From: Chloroflexota bacterium
GTDB lineage: Bacteria; Chloroflexota; UBA11872; VXNJ01
Direction: 5' to 3'
Length of the DNA: 64,000 nt
Assembly (NCBI GenBank): GCA_965261345.1
Contig: OZ253449.1
Span: 1,184,001-1,248,000, forward strand
The translations under genes and the position numbers were made by a program. Under the pieces are notes generated by a model. It saw nothing but the letters and a program-made list of their open reading frames with translations, searched no databases and was not told the DNA's origin. Numbering within the stretch: the first letter of the stretch is position 1; every line of letters begins with the position of its first letter. Positions 7,063 through 16,744 of this stretch are shown here, piece by piece.

Positions 7063-8894
7063 AGTAGCGCCGGGATCACGGTCACCGAAAGCAGGTCTTC
7101 GTCCGGGATTCCGTTGGCGGCAACAAAACGCCGCCAACTTTGATCGACCGGATCAAATACTGCCGCCCCTCCACCAGTTGCCACCAGGATCCGGCCGGAG
7201 TCGTCTTCGGCCAGGGCCCGTACGGTATCAGACGGCAGCCCGGTGGCGGACTGGCGGTGGGCCGTAAATCCAAACTGCCCGGGACCGATTACCGCCAGTC
7301 CGCCAGCAGTTGCCACCCAAACCGACCCATCGCCGGCCAAAAGGATGTCGGTAACGTCCAGATCCGGCAGTCCATCGTCTAGTCCGTAGCTGGTAAATTG
7401 ACCATCTACGCCGGTGATCGAAACGGCCACCCCGTTGGCCGCGGTCCCGACCCAGATCTCACCGCTGGCGGCCACCGCCACGGCGGTAACGTCCAGATCC
7501 GGCAGTCCCTGCATCGTCGTGAGGGTACGCCAATTGGATCCATTGAAAAAGGCCAGTCCGCGGTCGGTCGCCGCATAGATCTGAGGTGGAAATTCCACTG
7601 CCATGACAACGTCGCGGACTTCGCTGGAAGGGAGTCCGCCGCCGCCGGTGGGGAGGGTAGTTACCGAACCGCGGGTTGAACCGAAAGCCGGTTGGACATA
7701 TTGCGCCAGACCGCCCTGGTTTACTGCCAACAGGATGATTCGGCCAGAACGGCCGGCTATCGAACTAACCACGTTGCCGGCAAGGCCAAAGCCGGCGGCA
7801 TCGACTACCACGTTGCGGTCCGGGGCAAAGTACGGGAAGTAAAAGGCCCCGCCATCGGTACCGAGCCACAGTCCCCGGTCCGCGTCCACAAACAGTGACC
7901 GTACGGTATCAGACGCCAGCGATGAGTTGGCCACCTCGAGCGTACGCCAATTAACGCCATCCCAAACCAGCAAACCGGAGGTGCGCGATCCGAAACCATA
8001 GAGCTGGTTGGGAGGCAGTACGTTGGCCGGATCGGGCGCCCTGGTTAAGGGAACCACTTCCAGGATTTCGAACCGGTCGCCTTCTTGCAAGGCGGACGCT
8101 CCGCGGAACGGGACCAATGAATACCAGTAGCCGGCCGGATAGGTCAGATCGCGCAGGATATCTCCCAGTAGGGTCAACTTGACCGGGTCCTGCGGGTCGC
8201 CGGGGTGGTGCTCGAAAACGGCCGCCTGGAAATACTGTCGGACAAAACCCGTAGTTGATCCCGGTGCCAGCAGCGTGCCTGGCGAACCGGTATCGGTGCG
8301 GGCCTCGGTTTTGGGGTATCCGAAACTGGCCTCGCCGCCCAGCCGCTGGTAGAAGTCCATAAATCCGACCGCATGCCCGTTGATGTCCAGATTGGCGACG
8401 CGGTGCCCCCACGGCCCCAGGGCGATCCCTGGATTGGAATTTAGGGTCTCGAGCTCGGTGCCCTGGTCGGTTGAGCCGGCCCGACCACCACCGACGTAGT
8501 CCCAGACCAGGCGGCGTTCGATTACCCAGGCCCCGCCCAGGTCGGACCGCAGGTGGTAATCGACTACCCCGCGTTGGTAGTACTGGGTCAGCGAGTTGGG
8601 TTCTTCGCGCAGCACCTCCGAGGTCGCCAATCCCCAGCGCTCTATCTTGCCGGTGGCCAGGAAATGATCTCTGAAGCTGGCGCGGTGCTCTAGCCCGCCG
8701 ATTACAAGTAGCAGGTTGGGCACGTTGTGCGAGAGCAACGGATTTCCGCCGTGCAGATCCTCCAGGAATAGGGGGGTAACGACCGTCGGATCAGCGAACT
8801 CGGTCGCGTGGGCGCCCGGTGCGAGCAGGAGCGCCAAGCCCACGCCGCCCAGCGCCGCCCAGCGCCAGGCCAGTCCACGCAGCCGGGCGATCAA
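7059..8894 (-). CDS. Secreted protein: LGFP-like Chloroflexi module + Reg_prop-type beta-propeller repeats
   Basis: Signal peptide (...LLLAPGAHA); repeats GLPSxxVxxL...LWxGTxGG. Start set at TTG 8894, overlapping the stop of the upstream small ORF. Confidence 0.8.
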   Translation of the reverse strand: MIARLRGLAWRWAALGGVGLALLLAPGAHATEFADPTVVTPLFLEDLHGGNPLLSHNVPNLLLVIGGLEHRASFRDHFLATGKIERWGLATSEVLREEPNSLTQYYQRGVVDYHLRSDLGGAWVIERRLVWDYVGGGRAGSTDQGTELETLNSNPGIALGPWGHRVANLDINGHAVGFMDFYQRLGGEASFGYPKTEARTDTGSPGTLLAPGSTTGFVRQYFQAAVFEHHPGDPQDPVKLTLLGDILRDLTYPAGYWYSLVPFRGASALQEGDRFEILEVVPLTRAPDPANVLPPNQLYGFGSRTSGLLVWDGVNWRTLEVANSSLASDTVRSLFVDADRGLWLGTDGGAFYFPYFAPDRNVVVDAAGFGLAGNVVSSIAGRSGRIILLAVNQGGLAQYVQPAFGSTRGSVTTLPTGGGGLPSSEVRDVVMAVEFPPQIYAATDRGLAFFNGSNWRTLTTMQGLPDLDVTAVAVAASGEIWVGTAANGVAVSITGVDGQFTSYGLDDGLPDLDVTDILLAGDGSVWVATAGGLAVIGPGQFGFTAHRQSATGLPSDTVRALAEDDSGRILVATGGGAAVFDPVDQSWRRFVAANGIPDEDLLSVTVIPALL

Positions 8895-9097
8895 TCCTGC
8901 AGCCGCCCCCAAAACGATTTGAGATCCTCCTCGGCTTCGCCGCGGCGGTCGGCGGCGGCGCGAAGCCGGGCGATGTCGAAGCTGGTTCCAGTCCAGCCGG
9001 CGCCGCTGAGGAGGTGGTCGATCGCCTGTGATTCGGTGCGCCACTGCCGCATCAGGCTCAATAGCTGGTTGCGCTGGGAGCGCGAAAGTTGAGCCAT
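8891..9097 (-). CDS. Hypothetical 68-aa protein
   Basis: ATG start, helical-looking sequence, TTGA overlap with the downstream gene. Confidence 0.55.
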   Translation of the reverse strand: MAQLSRSQRNQLLSLMRQWRTESQAIDHLLSGAGWTGTSFDIARLRAAADRRGEAEEDLKSFWGRLQD

Positions 9098-9180
9098 CGG
9101 CGTCGGGTACCCCTTGCGTTGTCTACTTCAAGCCCGAACAAATATAGAATTTGCCGCCTTTGCAAATCGTCTGCCAGTAA

Positions 9181-9669
9181 ATGATCGAATCGCCCGCTGC
9201 GACTGCGGCACGCCTAAATCAATTGCGTGCGCAGCTTGCGCCCTTAAAAGAAGATCCCGGTTCGGTTATGGAGGCGCTTTACCTCGCCCAGGATATGTTC
9301 GGCTACATTCCGGGTCCGTCGATTGAGGTAATAGCCAGCGAACTCGGCTACCCGGAAGCGCACGTCTTCGGCGTGGTGACCTTCTACACGATGTTCTACA
9401 CCGAGCCGCAGGCCAAGAACATCATCCGTGTCTGTCGCGACCTCTCCTGCCACCTCTCCGGGGCCGGCTCGATCGCCGACGCGATCGAGCAGCGGGCGGG
9501 GATTCGCAACGGTGAGAGCACCGCCGACGGCAAGGTCAAGCTGGAGCTGGTCTCCTGTCTGGGGCAGTGCGATCGCCAGCCGGCGCTGCTGGTTGGGCTA
9601 GACGTCCACGGACCGATGTCCCCCGAGTCCGCCGCGAACCTGGCCGGCCGGCTACTGGAAGACGACTAG
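9181..9669 (+). CDS. nuoE: NuoE-like 2Fe-2S subunit
   Basis: GVVTFYTMF, VCRDLSC and SCLGQC 2Fe-2S ligands. Confidence 0.9.
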   Translation: MIESPAATAARLNQLRAQLAPLKEDPGSVMEALYLAQDMFGYIPGPSIEVIASELGYPEAHVFGVVTFYTMFYTEPQAKNIIRVCRDLSCHLSGAGSIADAIEQRAGIRNGESTADGKVKLELVSCLGQCDRQPALLVGLDVHGPMSPESAANLAGRLLEDD

Positions 9670-9678
9670 GATCTGAGG

Positions 9679-10944
9679 ATGGAAGAGATTCGCGTCGTCA
9701 ACCGCAATCTAGGCAAGCCCAACTCGCACACCCTGGAGGTCTTCCGGGCAGGCGGTGGCTATGCCCAGGCCGAGCGGGCGCTCACCTCGATGGGCCCGGA
9801 GGACGTAATTGCGCTGGTGGAGGAATCCGAGCTCAAGGGTCGCGGAGGCGCATTCTTCCCGACTGGCATGAAATGGAAATTCGTGCGCGCCGATCCCAAC
9901 CTGCCGCGCTACGTGGTGGCCAACGGCGACGAGAGCGAACCTGGAACGTACTGCAATCGCGCGATCCTCGAAGAGGACCCCCACAACTTCATCGAGGGCA
10001 TGATTGTGGCCGCCCACGCGGTCGGGGCCGAGACCGGATACATATACATCCGCGGCGAATTCGGGCTGGGCATCGAGCGAGTCCGGGCGGCGCTGGCCGA
10101 ATGCTACGAAGCCGGGATCCTGGGCCCACGAGCGCTGGGGTCAGAGCACCGGGTGGACCTGATCCTGCGGCGCGGCGCCGGAGCCTATATCTGCGGCGAG
10201 GAAACAGCACTTTTCAATTCACTGGAGGGCAAACGCGGCACCCCGCGCTTCAAGCCGCCGTTTCCGACCAACTCCGGGGTATGGTCCAAGCCCACCGCGA
10301 TAAACAACATCGAGACCTTCTGCAACGTTGCCCCGATCCTGGAAAATGGCGCCCAATGGTTCAAAGATCTGGGCATCGGCGACAGCAACGCCGGAACCAA
10401 GGTTTACTGCCTTTCCGGAACCGTCCAGCGCACCGGGCTATTCGAACTGCCGCTGGGGGTGACTGCGCGCGAACTGATTTACGACTTCGGCGGCGGGCCG
10501 CCGCCAGGGCGAACCTTGAAGGGGTTCAAACCCGGCGGTGCATCGGCGGCGGTGCTGACGGCTGATGAATTGGACGCCCGAATGGACGCCAGCATCGGGC
10601 AGTACGACACCATCCTGGGCACCGGCGGCTGCATCGTCATGGACGATAGCGTTTCGATGGTCGATGCCGCGTTGCGCGACGCGCTCTTCTTTGAGGAGGA
10701 GAGCTGCGGTTTCTGTATCCCCTGCCGCGAGGGCACCCCCAACCTGGTCCAGATCCTGGAGAAGATCCTAGAGGGCGAGGGCGAAATGTCCGACCTGGCG
10801 CTGCTGGAAGACATCGGCGAATCGATGGCCTCCTCGTTCTGCGGGCTGGGGCAATTTGCCTATCGGCCGGTGGTCGGCGCGCTGCGCAAATACCGCAGCG
10901 AATTCGAGGCGATGGTCCGCGATGGAGCCCCGGCCCACGCCTAG
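9679..10944 (+). CDS. nuoF: NuoF-like FMN/4Fe-4S subunit
   Basis: GRGGAFFPTGMKW, DESEPGT, GAGAYICGEETAL, INNIET, ESCGFCIPCREG...FCGLG. Confidence 0.92.
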   Translation: MEEIRVVNRNLGKPNSHTLEVFRAGGGYAQAERALTSMGPEDVIALVEESELKGRGGAFFPTGMKWKFVRADPNLPRYVVANGDESEPGTYCNRAILEEDPHNFIEGMIVAAHAVGAETGYIYIRGEFGLGIERVRAALAECYEAGILGPRALGSEHRVDLILRRGAGAYICGEETALFNSLEGKRGTPRFKPPFPTNSGVWSKPTAINNIETFCNVAPILENGAQWFKDLGIGDSNAGTKVYCLSGTVQRTGLFELPLGVTARELIYDFGGGPPPGRTLKGFKPGGASAAVLTADELDARMDASIGQYDTILGTGGCIVMDDSVSMVDAALRDALFFEEESCGFCIPCREGTPNLVQILEKILEGEGEMSDLALLEDIGESMASSFCGLGQFAYRPVVGALRKYRSEFEAMVRDGAPAHA

Positions 10945-10960
10945 GGACCTGGACGCCCGG

Positions 10961-12325
10961 TTACGTGAGCAGCAGGGTGGCCACCCCCAGGTAGATCGAG
11001 AGCGCCACCACATCGTTTAGGGTGGCAATCAGCGGCCCGGATGCCCCGGCCGGATCGATCCGCAGCTGCAGAGTAGTCTGCGGCACCGCCGCGCCCAGCA
11101 GGGCGGCAAAGCTCAGCGCCGGAAAAATACTCCCGAAAATTAGCAATCCAAATCGGAAATCGTCCAACCAAAAACCGGCCGCCAGCCCGGCGATTAACCC
11201 GGCCGCGGTCCCTAGCAGGACCCCGATCAGCAATTCACGCAAGACCGGCCGCAACCTCCCGCTGACGGCCCCCACGCGGTCGGCCTCCAGGGTTGCGGCC
11301 AGTGACTGAATGCCGACGCTACCGGCCAACGCCGACACCACTGGCACAAAGATGGCCACCAGCACCACCTGTTCCAGGTTGGCCAGAAAAGCGCTCATGA
11401 TCAGGCCGACAAACATCTCGCCGACCAGGGTCACCAGCAGCCACGGCAGGCGCAAAACCGCCTGATGGAGGGTCCCGAACCGGGCAAGTGGTCCGAGCGC
11501 GCCCGAGAGCGCCAGCAGATGCTCGCCGCCCTCATCGACTAGCACGTCGACCGCGTCGTCCACGGTGAGCATTCCCAGCAGGCGCCCACGCGAATCAACG
11601 ACCGGCACCGCCAAAAGGTCGTACTTTGCCAAAAGCTCGGCCACTTCGGCCTTGTCGTCAAAGTCGTTGGCCGTCACCGGTTCGGGATCGCAGATGTCGA
11701 CTAGGCGCTCCCATTCGTCGGCCGCGAGCAGGGCCCGCAACGAGAGGACCCCCAACAGGTGTCGCTGCGCGTTAACGATGTAGACGTAGTAGATGTTGGA
11801 CACGTTGGGCAGCTGCCGCTTGATTTCGGTGATCGCCGCCGCCGCGGTCGTATCGCCGGGCAACGACACCAGGGCGGTATTCATCAGACGACCGGCCGAA
11901 GTGGGTTCGTATTCGAGGGCCCGGGTCAACGCGGCCGATGCGGCCGGGCCGGCGCGGGCGAGCAGGTCGGCGACGGCCTCGGGAGCGGCCGCGGAGAGGA
12001 GCTCAGCTGCGTCATCGGTTTCCAGTTGACCTATTACTCGGCCCAACCGCTCGCGGCCCAGTCCGGCGAGCAGGTCGTCGGTGGCCGCGATCCCGGTTTC
12101 ATCGATAACCTCGGCGGCGACCGCGTCGGAAAGCAGCGCGAACGCGGCGAGCCGGGCTTCACGCTCCAGTCCGTCGATGCAGTCGGCTATGTCGGCCGGG
12201 TGCAGGGCGGCCAGGATGGCCCTAGCGGCCGGTTCGTTGCCGGACTGGAGGGCGCCGCGCAGGCGCTGTATGATCTGTTCGATCGGGTCGCTCAACGCCG
12301 CTACGCTCGGTTCCGGGCGGCCCAT
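10961..12325 (-). CDS. mgtE: Magnesium transporter MgtE
   Basis: LHPADIA N-domain, two CBS domains, RLPWL, GSVGIQS, IDPAGASGPLIATLND. Confidence 0.93.
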   Translation of the reverse strand: MGRPEPSVAALSDPIEQIIQRLRGALQSGNEPAARAILAALHPADIADCIDGLEREARLAAFALLSDAVAAEVIDETGIAATDDLLAGLGRERLGRVIGQLETDDAAELLSAAAPEAVADLLARAGPAASAALTRALEYEPTSAGRLMNTALVSLPGDTTAAAAITEIKRQLPNVSNIYYVYIVNAQRHLLGVLSLRALLAADEWERLVDICDPEPVTANDFDDKAEVAELLAKYDLLAVPVVDSRGRLLGMLTVDDAVDVLVDEGGEHLLALSGALGPLARFGTLHQAVLRLPWLLVTLVGEMFVGLIMSAFLANLEQVVLVAIFVPVVSALAGSVGIQSLAATLEADRVGAVSGRLRPVLRELLIGVLLGTAAGLIAGLAAGFWLDDFRFGLLIFGSIFPALSFAALLGAAVPQTTLQLRIDPAGASGPLIATLNDVVALSIYLGVATLLLT

Positions 12326-13065
12326 GCCTGTCCGGGTTCACATACCCGGAAAAAATCGCAGTCGGGGCAATGCGGACCGGTGCGCGGCGGGAACTCGGCG
12401 CCAGTTATACCGGTTCCGAGGCGACCGACCCACCCGGTGGCTTCGGACAGCTCACTCTCGGTTGGCCCGCGTTGGCTGACGATCCCGTCATAGAGGTAGT
12501 GGTAAGCGACATCTGCCGCCGGCAGGTCGAGGGCCGCCCGCGCGGCCAACGCATAGATTTCCAACTGGCGAAAGTTGGGGGCACCGCCGGGGGCACCGCC
12601 GGATTTGTAGTCGACGATCCGCGGAGCGCCCGGCACCAGGTCCACCCGATCGATGATCCCGGCGACCTCAAATCCGCCGATTTGGGCCCTGAAGCGGACT
12701 TCGGTCAGGTACTTTAGATCGTGGCGCGGCCGGTGATCTCGCCAGAACCGCTCCAGAATCAGAAGGCCGCGCTGGCGGAAGTCGGTAACCGACGACCGGG
12801 TCAGGAAGGCGAAGCTGGCCGCTAGCCGGTCCTCAAACTGACGCTGGAGCCATTCCCAGGTCGGTTGGGAGACGGGATCGACGCTAAATAGGTCCTGGAG
12901 CACCAGATGGATCAGGGACCCGAAAAACGGCCAGTCGCTGTACGCTGGACGCTGCCGGTCGATGTAGGACAACCGGTAGGCGTGCGGACAGTGTTCGTAG
13001 AGCGCGAGCTTGGAGTAGCTGAGCCGGGTGCCGCGGCGCTTGCGCGGTCGCGCCGTGGACTTAAT
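12301..13065 (-). CDS. Standalone PD-(D/E)XK nuclease, AddB/Cas4-like with probable Fe-S cluster
   Basis: RLSYSKLxxYxxCP, FGSLIH, GIIDRVD...IVDYKSG, QLEIY, C-terminal CPDCDFFRVC. 5' end extends past the track start (12972) to a probable ATT at 13065. Confidence 0.85.
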   Translation of the reverse strand: MKSTARPRKRRGTRLSYSKLALYEHCPHAYRLSYIDRQRPAYSDWPFFGSLIHLVLQDLFSVDPVSQPTWEWLQRQFEDRLAASFAFLTRSSVTDFRQRGLLILERFWRDHRPRHDLKYLTEVRFRAQIGGFEVAGIIDRVDLVPGAPRIVDYKSGGAPGGAPNFRQLEIYALAARAALDLPAADVAYHYLYDGIVSQRGPTESELSEATGWVGRLGTGITGAEFPPRTGPHCPDCDFFRVCEPGQAWAARNRA

Positions 13066-13691
13066 TAGCGCTCAATCCGGATCGACTCGACCAGCGCCGT
13101 TGCGGTTGGCTTGGACAGCTCGCCCATGGCCGGATTGACGGTGAGCGGAATCGCCGCCAATTCATCGAGAACTTCGAATCCAACCTCGATTTGGCCAAAG
13201 ATCGTGTAGTTGCGCGGAAAGGAGTCCGGCAGGTCGGCAAGGCAGATGAAAAATTGCGATCCGTTGGTGTCGGGGCCGCTGTTAGCCATGGCGATCGTGC
13301 CGCGCTTGTAGGTCAGCTCGGCCGGGATCGGTTCATCGGCGAAGGAGTAACCCGGTCCGCCACCACCGGTGCCGGTGGGGTCGCCGGTTTGGACCACGAA
13401 GCCGGGTACGATGCGGTGAAAAATCAAGCCGTCAAAGTATTCGCGTTCGGCCAGCGATACGAAACTGGACACCGCCAACGGGGCCGCCTCGGGGTAGAGC
13501 TGGCCGGTCATTACCCCCTTGTTGGTGGTAATTTCCACCATGATTGGGCCGCTTAGATCATCTTCAATCGAGGGTGTGGGCACCGCTTTGGCGGAAAGCT
13601 CGGAGCGGGATTGGGGATCACCCGGGTCCTGCTCACAGGCCGCCAGCAACAGCAGGCCGGCCAAAAGCGCAGCCAATTTTCGGAACGACAA
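13065..13691 (-). CDS. Cyclophilin-type peptidyl-prolyl isomerase, lipoprotein
   Basis: Lipobox LAAC; FHRIVPGFVVQTGDPTGTGGGGPGY, AMANSGPDTNGSQFFI. Confidence 0.93.
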   Translation of the reverse strand: MSFRKLAALLAGLLLLAACEQDPGDPQSRSELSAKAVPTPSIEDDLSGPIMVEITTNKGVMTGQLYPEAAPLAVSSFVSLAEREYFDGLIFHRIVPGFVVQTGDPTGTGGGGPGYSFADEPIPAELTYKRGTIAMANSGPDTNGSQFFICLADLPDSFPRNYTIFGQIEVGFEVLDELAAIPLTVNPAMGELSKPTATALVESIRIER

Positions 13692-13791
13692 GGATTGGAA
13701 ACCGATCGAAAAACACCATCGTCATTTCAAGGTTAAATCGGGACAGGCCATTTCCGCTAGCCGTGGCCAAGCTGACTGATTCGTATAGGGA

Positions 13792-15132
13792 ATGCAGATG
13801 GGGATTAGCAAAGAGGCGGCCAAGGCCGCTGCGACTGCGACGATCCAAGCCGATCGTGATTTGATCGTCGCCTTGGGCGAGGCGATTTTTGACGATCCCG
13901 AAATGGGTTTTAAGGAGTTTCACACTTCGGAACGGGTGTACCAGCAGCTGGCCGAACTGGGGCTCGACGTGCAGACCGGATTCGGGATAACCGGCCTGAA
14001 GGCGATCCTGGATACCGGGCGGCCAGGTCCCACCCTGGCGGTGATGGGCGAGCTTGATGCGATCGGGGTGCGCGGACACCCGCGCGCCAATCCGGCAACC
14101 GGCGCCGCCCACGCCTGTGGGCACAATGCCCAGCTGGCGACCATGACCGCGGTTGCGCGGGCCCTCTCCAGCTCGCGCCTGCTGGCCAATATGAGCGGCC
14201 GGATCGCGTTGATGGCGGTCCCGGCCGAGGAATACGTGGAAATTGGCTGGCGGCGAGAGCAGGTTCGCGATGGCCGCCTGCAGTTTCTGGGCGGCAAGCC
14301 CGAGCTGATCGCCACCAGGGCCTTTGACGATGTCGACCTGGCGCTTCTGGTGCATTCGCGGACCGGATCCGACAAGGTGATGATCTGCCGCTCGGAAAAT
14401 GGCACGGTGGTGAAAAACATCACCTTCCGCGGTCGCGCCGCGCATGCCGGGGCCCACCCCGAGCTGGGAATTAACGCCCTCTACGCGGCCAACCTGGCGC
14501 TGGCCGCGATAAATGCAATCCGTGAGACCTTTACCGATGACGATGCAACCCGCGTGCATCCGATCATCACCCGCGGCGGCGATATCGTAAACGTCATCCC
14601 CGACACCGTGACGATGGAGACTTTCGTGCGCGGAGCCACCCTGGAGGCGATCGACCGCGCCGACCGGAAGGTTGATCGCGCCCTGCGCGCCGGGGCACTG
14701 GCGCTGGGCGCCGAAATCGAGATTGCCAACATGCCCGGCTACATGCCGTTGGCCAACAGCTCGGCGATGGCCGATGTTTTTGCCGCAAACTCGCGGGCCC
14801 TTTTTGGCCCGGACTGCATCGGCTACGTGGGTCATCGTCCGGGCAGCACCGACATGGGCGATCTGAGCCAGATCATGCCGGCGCTGCAGCCGCAGATGAA
14901 CGGGATGGTCGGTTCCAACCATGCCGCGGACTGGGCGATTGTCGACGCCGATGCGGTTTACATCGATCCCGGGATTGCGATGGCCCATTTCGCCATCGAT
15001 CTGCTCTGGGGTGATGCGCAGCTTGGAGCTCGGATCGTTGACGAGTACGAGCCGGAGCTAACCCGCGAGCAATATGTCGCCGCCCAGAACGCAAAATTCG
15101 AGACCAAGAGCTGGAACTACCGGGACGCTTAA
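13792..15132 (+). CDS. M20-family amidohydrolase
   Basis: PEMGFKE, GELDA, HACGHNAQ, PAEE, AHAG, GSTDMGDLS. Confidence 0.9.
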   Translation: MQMGISKEAAKAAATATIQADRDLIVALGEAIFDDPEMGFKEFHTSERVYQQLAELGLDVQTGFGITGLKAILDTGRPGPTLAVMGELDAIGVRGHPRANPATGAAHACGHNAQLATMTAVARALSSSRLLANMSGRIALMAVPAEEYVEIGWRREQVRDGRLQFLGGKPELIATRAFDDVDLALLVHSRTGSDKVMICRSENGTVVKNITFRGRAAHAGAHPELGINALYAANLALAAINAIRETFTDDDATRVHPIITRGGDIVNVIPDTVTMETFVRGATLEAIDRADRKVDRALRAGALALGAEIEIANMPGYMPLANSSAMADVFAANSRALFGPDCIGYVGHRPGSTDMGDLSQIMPALQPQMNGMVGSNHAADWAIVDADAVYIDPGIAMAHFAIDLLWGDAQLGARIVDEYEPELTREQYVAAQNAKFETKSWNYRDA

Positions 15133-15197
15133 CAGCAAGTGCCGGAGTCTGGCCCTGACCGGTTGGACCAGCCCAAAAATCGCAAAGGAAATAGCGC

Positions 15198-16031
15198 ATG
15201 GCCGAATGGATTTTGGAAGACGAATTTGGCGATGTCGTCGGCAAGGCCCGCCGCGGGTTAGGGCTCTCGGTCGATCAGCTGGCAGTCGCCGCCGGTCTGC
15301 CGGCCGAAACCGTAGCGGCGTTCGAGGGCTATCGTCGCGATCCCGACCGCGAGCAGTCGCGTGCCCTGGCCGTTTCGCTGGGGTTGCGGCCCGATCAGCT
15401 TTGGGAACTGGCCGAAGAGGCCTGGCTCCCCGAGCCACCGTCGCCCGATCTTGGCGGCGGCGTCCGGGTCGACAGCCTGTACCTGCCGACCGACCGCGTA
15501 TGGACCTATCTGCTAGGTGATTTGGATGCCTGCCTGGCAATTGACTGCGGAGCTGGCCTGGCTGACATCGAAGCGGCAATCGGGGACCGGGAACTGCTGG
15601 CGATTGTGCTCACCCATGCCGATGCCGACCACATCTACTCGCTGTCCGGCCTGCTGGCCAATCGCCAAATTCCGGTGTTTGTGCACGAGACCGAGCGTGA
15701 CCGGGTGGTCGCGGACGATGTGCGGTGCTTTGTAGATGGCGACCTGCTCACGCTGGGACGCTTCCAGCTTTCGGTCCTGCATGCCCCGGGACACTCCCCA
15801 GGCTGTTGCGGCCTACATGTCCCGGGCGCGGTGTTTACCGGCGATACCGTGTTTGCGGCCTCGCTCGGCGGGACCCGGATGGGGCCGGAGCACTACGCGG
15901 GGCATTTGGCCGCGGTGCGCTCCAAGATACTCGCGCTGCCCGGGTCAACCAAATTGTTCCACGGTCACGGCGCCCACTCGACGGTGGCTGAAGAGTTGGA
16001 CCACAACTCGTTTTTTGATGCCGCTTCCTAA
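15198..16031 (+). CDS. HTH-fused metallo-beta-lactamase-fold hydrolase
   Basis: N-terminal XRE-like HTH (ARRGLGLSVDQLA); THADADH, PGHSPG, FTGD, HGHG. Confidence 0.85.
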   Translation: MAEWILEDEFGDVVGKARRGLGLSVDQLAVAAGLPAETVAAFEGYRRDPDREQSRALAVSLGLRPDQLWELAEEAWLPEPPSPDLGGGVRVDSLYLPTDRVWTYLLGDLDACLAIDCGAGLADIEAAIGDRELLAIVLTHADADHIYSLSGLLANRQIPVFVHETERDRVVADDVRCFVDGDLLTLGRFQLSVLHAPGHSPGCCGLHVPGAVFTGDTVFAASLGGTRMGPEHYAGHLAAVRSKILALPGSTKLFHGHGAHSTVAEELDHNSFFDAAS

Positions 16032-16041
16032 TCGGCCGGCG

Positions 16042-16596
16042 CTAGCAGGCCGGCGATTCGGGCGGAATAGTGAGCACCTGTCCGATTAGCAGGCTGTCGT
16101 TTTCGGCCAGTCCATTGACCTGGCGCAGCGATTGCACTGAGACCGAGTAATCGGTGGCGATTCCCCAGAGCGATTCGCCAGCCTTGACCCGATAGCGGCA
16201 GTCGGCCAGTTCGCCCACCGGCAGCGGCGCGACCGAAACGGTGCTGGGGAGGCGCAGCACCTGACCGGCCTGGACTTCGTTGGGGTCGCTGATGCCGTTG
16301 TAGGCGGCCACCGTATCGACGGTTAGGCCGTATAGGTCGGCGATTTGCTGCAGGGTTTCTCCCAGGGCAATGATGTGCTGGCGCGGGATCGCGGTAGGTT
16401 CGGGGGTAGGCGGAATGGTCGGCGCCGGCGGCAGAGTGGGCGCCGGCGGTTGCGGAAGATTGACCATCGGCCCCAGCACGTTGGCGGCTGAATTTGGCGC
16501 CGGGCCGCCGGTGCGGGTGGCGATAAGCCAAACCGCCAGCAGCAGCAGCAGGACCCCCAGGGTTCCTAGAATGCGTTCGCGCCGGCTCGAATCCAT
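16042..16596 (-). CDS. Membrane-anchored protein with two LysM domains
   Basis: TM helix, Pro-rich linker, two LysM repeats (GETLQQIA, GESLWGIA). Confidence 0.88.
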   Translation of the reverse strand: MDSSRRERILGTLGVLLLLLAVWLIATRTGGPAPNSAANVLGPMVNLPQPPAPTLPPAPTIPPTPEPTAIPRQHIIALGETLQQIADLYGLTVDTVAAYNGISDPNEVQAGQVLRLPSTVSVAPLPVGELADCRYRVKAGESLWGIATDYSVSVQSLRQVNGLAENDSLLIGQVLTIPPESPAC

Positions 16597-16744
16597 TAGC
16601 TCCCGCCGGGTCGTTCGCGCCGAAATTGGCAGCGCGCCGAATGTTGCCCCGCGGCGATTTTAGTGAGCCTGCATGGGAACATTGCCAAGGCGACCCCGCC
16701 GGGGCGGTACGGTTGGGCGTAATTTTCCGAGAGGCTTTTTGGCA

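Noticed and set aside
8895-9044. Track N-terminal extension of the propeller protein
   Set aside because: Arg-rich alternative frame of the 68-aa ORF; the signal peptide begins at TTG 8894.
12301-13065. Cas4-like gene as part of a CRISPR-Cas locus
   Set aside because: No cas1/cas2 and no repeat-spacer array seen anywhere in the window.
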